Shown piece by piece: positions 55,533 through 64,000 of a stretch of DNA of 64,000 nucleotides. Origin of the DNA: Auanema rhodensis (lineage: Eukaryota > Animalia > Nematoda); assembly GCA_964057225.1 (NCBI GenBank), contig CAXKVF010000077.1, forward strand, positions 682,001 to 746,000, read 5' to 3'. Below the pieces are notes generated by a model that worked only from the letters and a program-made list of their open reading frames with translations, did no database searches and was not told the origin of the DNA. The position numbers were made by a program, and so were the translations under genes. Numbering within the stretch: the first letter of the stretch is position 1; each line of letters starts with the position of its first letter.

Positions 55533-58500
55533 AAGCGAGTTACATACCAAGTGCACATCACGTGTACATTTAATTAGCATAAATTAAAGTTCACGTAAAT
55601 TTCAAAGTCATGGTTACCATGAACCAATATCAATAAAAATTTGTTTTTAGACTAATATGGACATGGGGAATCTAATTTTGAAAACCGCATCTCTTTATCT
55701 TCCACGTGAAGCGAGTTACATACCAAGTGCACATCACGTGTACATTTAATTAGCATAAATTAAAGTTCACGTAAAATTCAAAGTCATGGTTACCATGCAC
55801 CAATATCAATAAAAATTTGTTTTTAGACTAATATGGACATGGGGAATCTAATTTTGAGAACCGCATCTCTTTATCTTTCACGTGAAGCGAGTTACATACC
55901 AAGTGCACATCACGTGTACATTTAATTAGCATAAATTAAAGTTCACGTAAATTTCAAAGTCATGGTTACCATGCACCAATATCAATAAAAATTTGTTTTT
56001 AGACTAATATGGACATGGGGAATCTAATTTTGAAAACCGCATCTCTTTATCTTTCACGTGAAGCGAGTTACATACCAAGTGCACATCACGTGTACATTTA
56101 ATTAGCATAAATTAAAGTTCACGTAAATTTCAAAGTCATGGTTACCATGCACCAATATCAATAAAAATTTGTTTTTAGACTAATATGGACATGGGGATTC
56201 TAATTTTGAAAACCGCATCTCTTTATCTTTCACGTGAAGCGAGTTATATACCAAGTGCACATCACGTGTACATTTAATTAGCATAAATTAAAGTTCACGT
56301 AAATTTCAAAGTCATGGTTACCATGAACCAATATCAATAAAAATTTGTTTTTAGACTAATATGGACATGGGGAATCTACTTTTGGAAACCGCATCTCTTT
56401 ATCTTTCACGTGAAGCGAGTTACATACCAAGTGCACATCACGTGTACATTTAATTAGCATAAATTAAAGTTCACGTAAATTTCAAAGTCATGGTTACCAT
56501 GCACCAATATCAATAAAACTTTGTTTTTAGACTAATATGGACATGGGGAATCTAATTTTGAAAACCGCATCTCTTTATCTTTTACGTGAAGCGAGTTACA
56601 TACCAAGTGCACATCACGTGTACATTTAATTAGCATAAATTAAAGTTCACGTAAATTTCAAAGTCATGGTTACCATGAACCAATATCAATAAAAATTTGT
56701 TTTTAGACTAATATGGACATGGGGAATCTAATTTTGAAAACCGCATCTCTTTATCTTTCACGTGAAGCGAGTTACATACCAAGTGCACATCACGTGTACA
56801 TTTAATTAGCATAAATTAAAGTTCACGTAAATTCCAAAGTCATGGTTACCATGAACCAATATCAATAAAAATTTGTTTTTAGACTAATATGGACATGGGG
56901 AATCTAATTTTGAAAACCGCATCTCTTTATCTTTCACGTGAAGCGAGTTACATACCAAGTGCACATCACGTGTACATTTAATTAGCATAGATTAAAGTTC
57001 ACGTAAATTTCAAAGTCATGGTTACCATGAAGCAATATCAATAAAAATTTGTTTTTAGACTGATATGGACATGGGGAATCTAATTTTGAAAACCGCATCT
57101 CTTTATCTTCCACGTGAAGCGAGTTACATACCAAGTGCACATCACGTGTACATTTAATTAGCATAAATTAAAGTTCACGTAAAATTCAAAGTCATGGTTA
57201 CCATGCACCAATATCAATAAAAATTTGTTTTTAGACTAATATGGACATGGGGAATCTAATTTTGAGAACCGCATCTCTTTATCTTTCACGTGAAGCGAGT
57301 TACATACCAAGTGCACATCACGTGTACATTTAATTAGCATAAATTAAAGTTCACGTAAATTTCAAAGTCATGGTTACCATGCACCAATATCAATAAAAAT
57401 TTGTTTTTAGACTAATATGGACATGGGGAATCTAATTTTGAAAACCGCATCTCTTTATCTTTCACATGAAGCGAGTTACATACCAAGTGCACATCACGTG
57501 TACATTTAATTAGCATAAATTAAAGTTCACGTAAATTTCAAAGTCATGGTTACCATGCACCAATATCAATAAAAATTTGTTTTTAGACTAATATGGACAT
57601 GGGGAATCTAATTTTGAAAACCGCATCTCTTTATCTTTCACGTGAAGCGAGTTATATACCAAGTGCACATCACGTGTACATTTAATTAGCATAAATTAAA
57701 GTTCACGTAAATTTCAAAGTCATGGTTACCATGAACCAATATCAATAAAAATTTGTTTTTAGACTAATATGGACATGGGGAATCTACTTTTGGAAACCGC
57801 ATCTCTTTATCTTTCACGTGAAGCGAGTTACATACCAAGTGCACATCACGTGTACATTTAATTAGCATAAATTAAAGTTCACGTAAATTTCAAAGTCATG
57901 GTTACCATGCACCAATATCAATAAAACTTTGTTTTTAGACTAATATGGACATGGGGAATCTAATTTTGAAAACCGCATCTCTTTATCTTTTACGTGAAGC
58001 GAGTTACATACCAAGTGCACATCACGTGTACATTTAATTAGCATAAATTAAAGTTCACGTAAATTTCAAAGTCATGGTTACCATGAACCAATATCAATAA
58101 AAATTTGTTTTTAGACTAATATGGACATGGGGAATCTAATTTTGAAAACCGCATCTCTTTATCTTTCACGTGAAGCGAGTTACATACCAAGTGCACATCA
58201 CGTGTACATTTAATTAGCATAAATTAAAGTTCACGTAAATTCCAAAGTCATGGTTACCATGAACCAATATCAATAAAAATTTGTTTTTAGACTAATATGG
58301 ACATGGGGAATCTAATTTTGAAAACCGCATCTCTTTATCTTTCACGTGAAGCGAGTTACATACCAAGTGCACATCACGTGTACATTTAATTAGCATAGAT
58401 TAAAGTTCACGTAAATTTCAAAGTCATGGTTACCATGAAGCAATATCAATAAAAATTTGTTTTTAGACTGATATGGACATGGGGAATCTAATTTTGAAAA

Positions 58501-61500
58501 CCGCATCTCTTTATCTTCCACGTGAAGCGAGTTACATACCAAGTGCACATCACGTGTACATTTAATTAGCATAAATTAAAGTTCACGTAAAATTCAAAGT
58601 CATGGTTACCATGCACCAATATCAATAAAAATTTGTTTTTAGACTAATATGGACATGGGGAATCTAATTTTAAGAACCGCATCTCTTTATCTTTCACGTG
58701 AAGCGAGTTACATACCAAGTGCACATCACGTGTACATTTAATTAGCATAAATTAAAGTTCACGTAAATTTCAAAGTCATGGTTACCATGCACCAATATCA
58801 ATAAAAATTTGTTTTTAGACTAATATGGACATGGGGAATCTAATTTTGAGAACCGCATCTCTTTATCTTTCACGTGAAGCGAGTTACATACCAAGTGCAC
58901 ATCACGTGTACATTTAATTAGCATAAATTAAAGTTCACGTAAATTTCAAAGTCATGGTTACCATGCACCAATATCAATAAAAATTTGTTTTTAGACTAAT
59001 ATGGACATGGGGAATCTAATTTTGAAAACCGCATCTCTTTATCTTCCACGTGAAGCGAGTTACATACCAAGTGCACATCACGTGTACATTTAATTAGCAT
59101 AAATTAAAGTTCACGTAAAATTCAAAGTCATGGTTACCATGCACCAATATCAATAAAAATTTGTTTTTAGACTAATATGGACATGGGGAATCTAATTTTG
59201 AGAACCGCATCTCTTTATCTTTCACGTGAAGCGAGTTACATACCAAGTGCACATCACGTGTACATTTAATTAGCATAAATTAAAGTTCACGTAAATTTCA
59301 AAGTCATGGTTACCATGCACCAATATCAATAAAACTTTGTTTTTAGACTAATATGGACATGGGGAATCTAATTTTGAAAACCGCATCTCTTTATCTTCCA
59401 CGTGAAGCGAGTTACATACCAAGTGCACATCACGTGTACATTTAATTAGCATAAATTAAAGTTCACGTAAAATTCAAAGTCATGGTTACCATGCACCAAT
59501 ATCAATAAAAATTTGTTTTTAGACTAATATGGACATGGGGAATCTAATTTTGAGAACCGCATCTCTTTATCTTTCACGTGAAGCGAGTTACATACCAAGT
59601 GCACATCACGTGTACATTTAATTAGCATAAATTAAAGTTCACGTAAATTTCAAAGTCATGGTTACCATGCACCAATATCAATAAAAATTTGTTTTTAGAC
59701 TAATATGGACATGGGGAATCTAATTTTGAAAACCGCATCTCTTTATCTTTCACGTGAAGCGAGTTACATACCAAGTGCACATCACGTGTACATTTAATTA
59801 GCATAGATTAAAGTTCACGTAAATTTCAAAGTCATGGTTACCATGAAGCAATATCAATAAAAATTTGTTTTTAGACTGATATGGACATGGGGAATCTAAT
59901 TTTGAAAACCGCATCTCTTTATCTTCCACGTGAAGCGAGTTACATACCAAGTGCACATCACGTGTACATTTAATTAGCATAAATTAAAGTTCACGTAAAA
60001 TTCAAAGTCATGGTTACCATGCACCAATATCAATAAAAATTTGTTTTTAGACTAATATGGACATGGGGAATCTAATTTTGAGAACCGCATCTCTTTATCT
60101 TTCACGTGAAGCGAGTTACATACCAAGTGCACATCACGTGTACATTTAATTAGCATAAATTAAAGTTCACGTAAATTTCAAAGTCATGGTTACCATGCAC
60201 CAATATCAATAAAAATTTGTTTTTAGACTAATATGGACATGGGGAATCTAATTTTGAAAACCGCATCTCTTTATCTTTCACGTGAAGCGAGTTACATACC
60301 AAGTGCACATCACGTGTACATTTAATTAGCATAAATTAAAGTTCACGTAAATTTCAAAGTCATGGTTACCATGCACCAATATCAATAAAAATTTGTTTTT
60401 AGACTAATATGGACATGGGGAATCTAATTTTGAAAACCGCATCTCTTTATCTTTCACGTGAAGCGAGTTACATACCAAGTGCACATCACGTGTACATTTA
60501 ATTAGCATAAATTAAAGTTCACGTAAATTTCAAAGTCATGGTTACCATGAACCAATATCAATAAAAATTTGTTTTTAGACTAATATGGACATGGGGAATC
60601 TAATTTTGAAAACCGCATCTCTTTATCTTTCACGTGAAGCGAGTTACATACCAAGTGCACATCACGTGTACATTTAATTAGCATAAATTAAAGTTCACGT
60701 AAATTTCAAAGTCATGGTTACCATGCACCAATATCAATAAAACTTTGTTTTTAGACTAATATGGACATGGGGAATCTAATTTTGAAAACCGCATCTCTTT
60801 ATCTTTCACGTGAAGCGAGTTACATACCAAGTGCACATCACGTGTACATTTAATTAGCATAAATTAAAGTTCACGTAAATTTCAAAGTCATGGTTACCAT
60901 GAACCAATATCAATAAAAATTTGTTTTTAGACTAATATGGACATGGGGAATCTAATTTTGAAAACCGCATCTCTTTATCTTTCACGTGAAGCGAGTTACA
61001 TACCAAGTGCACATCACGTGTAGATTTAATTAGCATAAATTAAAGTTCACGTAAATTTCAAAGTCATGGTTACCATGAACCAATATCAATAAAAATTTGT
61101 TTTTAGACTAATATGGACATGGGGAATCTAATTTTGAAAACCGCATCTCTTTATCTTTCACGTGAAGCGAGTTACATACCAAGTGCACATCACGTGTACA
61201 TTTAATTAGCATAGATTAAAGTTCACGTAAATTTCAAAGTCATGGTTACCATGCACCAATATCAATAAAAATTTGTTTTTAGACTAATATGGACATGGGG
61301 AATCTAATTTTGAGAACCGCATCTCTTTATCTTTCACGTGAAGCGAGTTACATACCAAGTGCACATCACGTGTACATTTAATTAGCATAAATTAAAGTTC
61401 ACGTAAATTTCAAAGTCATGGTTACCATGCACCAATATCAATAAAAATTTGTTTTTAGACTAATATGGACATGGGGAATCTAATTTTGAAAACCGCATCT

Positions 61501-63804
61501 CTTTATCTTTCACGTGAAGCGAGTTACATACCAAGTGCACATCACGTGTACATTTAATTAGCATAAATTAAAGTTCACGTAAATTTCAAAGTCATGGTTA
61601 CCATGCACCAATATCAATAAAAATTTGTTTTTAGACTAATATGGACATGGGGAATCTAATTTTGAAAACCGCATCTCTTTATCTTTCACGTGAAGCGAGT
61701 TATATACCAAGTGCACATCACGTGTACATTTAATTAGCATAAATTAAAGTTCACGTAAATTTCAAAGTCATGGTTACCATGAACCAATATCAATAAAAAT
61801 TTGTTTTTAGACTAATATGGACATGGGGAATCTACTTTTGAAAACCGCATCTCTTTATCTTTCACGTGAAGCGAGTTACATACCAAGTGCACATCACGTG
61901 TACATTTAATTAGCATAAATTAAAGTTCACGTAAATTTCAAAGTCATGGTTACCATGCACCAATATCAATAAAACTTTGTTTTTAGACTAATATGGACAT
62001 GGGGAATCTAATTTTGAAAACCGCATCTCTTTATCTTTTACGTGAAGCGAGTTACATACCAAGTGCACATCACGTGTACATTTAATTAGCATAAATTAAA
62101 GTTCACGTAAATTTCAAAGTCATGGTTACCATGCACCAATATCAATAAAATATTGTTTTTAGACTAATATGGACATGGGGAATCTAATTTTGAAAACCGC
62201 ATCTCTTTATCTTTCACGTGAAGCGAGTTACATACCAAGTGCACATCACGTGTACATTTAATTAGCATAAATTAAAGTTCACGTAAATTTCAAAGTCATG
62301 GTTACCATGAACCAATATCAATAAAAATTTGTTTTTAGACTAATATGGACATGGGGAATCTAATTTTGAAAACCGCATCTCTTTATCTTTCACGTGAAGC
62401 GAGTTACATACCAAGTGCACATCACGTGTACATTTAATTAGCATAAATTAAAGTTCACGTAAATTCCAAAGTCATGGTTACCATGAACCAATATCAATAA
62501 AAATTTGTTTTTAGACTAATATGGACATGGGGAATCTAATTTTGAAAACCGCATCTCTTTATCTTTCACGTGAAGCGAGTTACATACCAAGTGCACATCA
62601 CGTGTACATTTAATTAGCATAGATTAAAGTTCACGTAAATTTCAAAGTCATGGTTACCATGAAGCAATATCAATAAAAATTGGTTTTTAGACTGATATGG
62701 ACATGGGGAATCTAATTTTGAAAACCGCATCTCTTTATCTTCCACGTGAAGCGAGTTACATACCAAGTGCACATCACGTGTACATTTAATTAGCATAAAT
62801 TAAAGTTCACGTAAAATTCAAAGTCATGGTTACCATGCACCAATATCAATAAAAATTTGTTTTTAGACTAATATGGACATGGGGAATCTAATTTTGAGAA
62901 CCGCATCTCTTTATCTTTCACGTGAAGCGAGTTACATACCAAGTGCACATCACGTGTACATTTAATTAGCATAAATTAAAGTTCACGTAAATTTCAAAGT
63001 CATGGTTACCATGCACCAATATCAATAAAAATTTGTTTTTAGACTAATATGGACATGGGGAATCTAATTTTGAAAACCGCATCTCTTTATCTTCCACGTG
63101 AAGCGAGTTACATACCAAGTGCACATCACGTGTACATTTAATTAGCATAAATTAAAGTTCACGTAAAATTCAAAGTCATGGTTACCATGCACCAATATCA
63201 ATAAAAATTTGTTTTTAGACTAATATGGACATGGGGAATCTAATTTTGAGAACCGCATCTCTTTATCTTTCACGTGAAGCGAGTTACATACCAAGTGCAC
63301 ATCACGTGTACATTTAATTAGCATAAATTAAAGTTCACGTAAATTTCAAAGTCATGGTTACCATGCACCAATATCAATAAAACTTTGTTTTTAGACTAAT
63401 ATGGACATGGGGAATCTAATTTTGAAAACCGCATCTCTTTATCTTCCACGTGAAGCGAGTTACATACCAAGTGCACATCACGTGTACATTTAATTAGCAT
63501 AAATTAAAGTTCACGTAAAATTCAAAGTCATGGTTACCATGCACCAATATCAATAAAAATTTGTTTTTAGACTAATATGGACATGGGGAATCTAATTTTG
63601 AGAACCGCATCTCTTTATCTTTCACGTGAAGCGAGTTACATACCAAGTGCACATCACGTGTACATTTAATTAGCATAAATTAAAGTTCACGTAAATTTCA
63701 AAGTCATGGTTACCATGCACCAATATCAATAAAAATTTGTTTTTAGAATAATATGGACATGGGGAATCTAATTTTGAAAACCGCATCTCTTTATCTTTCA
63801 CGTG
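55533..63804 (+). repeat. 8-monomer (1408-bp) higher-order repeat domain with its own variant set
   Basis: CATAGATTA marker at 56990, 58398, 59806, 61214, 62622 (period 1408) and 63854 (1232). Domain-characteristic variants are TCTTCCACGTG, TTTGAGAACC, AGACTGAT, AAAACTTTG, TCTACTTTTG, GTTATATACC and AAATTCCAAA. Confidence 0.88.
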
Positions 63805-64000
63805 AAGCGAGTTACATACCAAGTGCACATCACGTGTACATTTAATTAGCATAGATTAAAGTTCACGTAAATTTCAAAGTCATGGTTACCATGAAGCAAT
63901 ATCAATAAAAATTTGTTTTTAGACTGATATGGACATGGGGAATCTAATTTTGAAAACCGCATCTCTTTATCTTCCACGTGAAGCGAGTTACATACCAAGT

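Larger units (their letters stand above)
1..64000. repeat. 176-bp tandem satellite DNA array, ~363 monomers, probably centromeric/pericentromeric; continues beyond both window edges
   Basis: AAGCGAGTTACA recurs at 221, 397, 573, 749, 925 (period 176), then at 1321+176k up to 24201 and at 29485+176k up to 63981. No unique sequence, inversion or insertion seen. The centromeric role is inferred only from unit length and homogeneity. Confidence 0.99.

Noticed and set aside
56982-62796. Four 60-aa minus-strand ORFs (MLIKCTRDVH...) at 56982, 58390, 59798 and 62614
   Set aside because: They are just the satellite read in one frame. The AGACTAAT>AGACTGAT variant turns the consensus TAG into CAG. They follow the 1408-bp HOR, have no recognisable domain or gene context, and 176 is not a multiple of 3.
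63670-63852. Fifth 60-aa ORF
   Set aside because: An independent single substitution (AGACTA>AGAATA, TAG>TAT) removes the same stop. This is expected by chance among ~363 copies.
1-64000. CRISPR array or other repeat-spacer system (e.g. integron cassettes)
   Set aside because: There are no unique spacers; the entire 176 bp is repeated, and no cas, integrase or other gene is present.
1-64000. Tandem RNA gene cluster (5S rRNA, tRNA, snRNA, spliced leader)
   Set aside because: I see no recognisable 5S/tRNA sequence, cloverleaf or Pol III A/B/C boxes. An Rfam/Infernal search would be the formal test.
1-64000. Assignment to known ~171-178 bp satellites (alpha satellite, Arabidopsis CEN178, Brassica CentBr, honeybee AluI)
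   Set aside because: Only the length is similar. I see no sequence resemblance to those I recall, no CENP-B box, and no HindIII or AluI (AGCT) site in the consensus.
1-64000. Whole array as a synthetic or collapsed-assembly artefact
   Set aside because: Hierarchically shared and private variants, indel dimers and domain structure look like natural satellite evolution, though local copy number still needs read validation.

Overview
The whole 64 kb window is one uninterrupted, single-orientation, head-to-tail tandem array of a 176-bp AT-rich (~32% GC) satellite monomer: 363 complete monomers plus 20 bp by my register count. Consensus: AAGCGAGTTACATACCAAGTGCACATCACGTGTACATTTAATTAGCATAAATTAAAGTTCACGTAAATTTCAAAGTCATGGTTACCATG[A/C]ACCAATATCAATAAAAATTTGTTTTTAGACTAATATGGACATGGGGAATCTAATTTTGAAAACCGCATCTCTTTATCTTTCACGTG. 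Most monomers differ from this by 0-3 bases. I found no genes, RNA genes, transposons, CRISPR spacers or inversions. The five 60-aa ORFs in the track arise from single substitutions that remove a stop codon in the repeat. Nucleosome-scale unit length and extreme homogeneity are typical of eukaryotic centromeric or pericentromeric satellite, but I cannot name the family or organism. The real structure is in the variant pattern: a 44-bp internal duplication, 175+178-bp indel dimers, local higher-order repeats (HORs) of 2, 3, 6, 8, 10, 14, 21 and about 24 monomers, and an apparent ~30 kb macro-repeat. The monomer is also rich in short dyad symmetries and E-box motifs. I see no evidence of a novel protein-coding system. 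All counts and offsets were read by eye and should be confirmed computationally.
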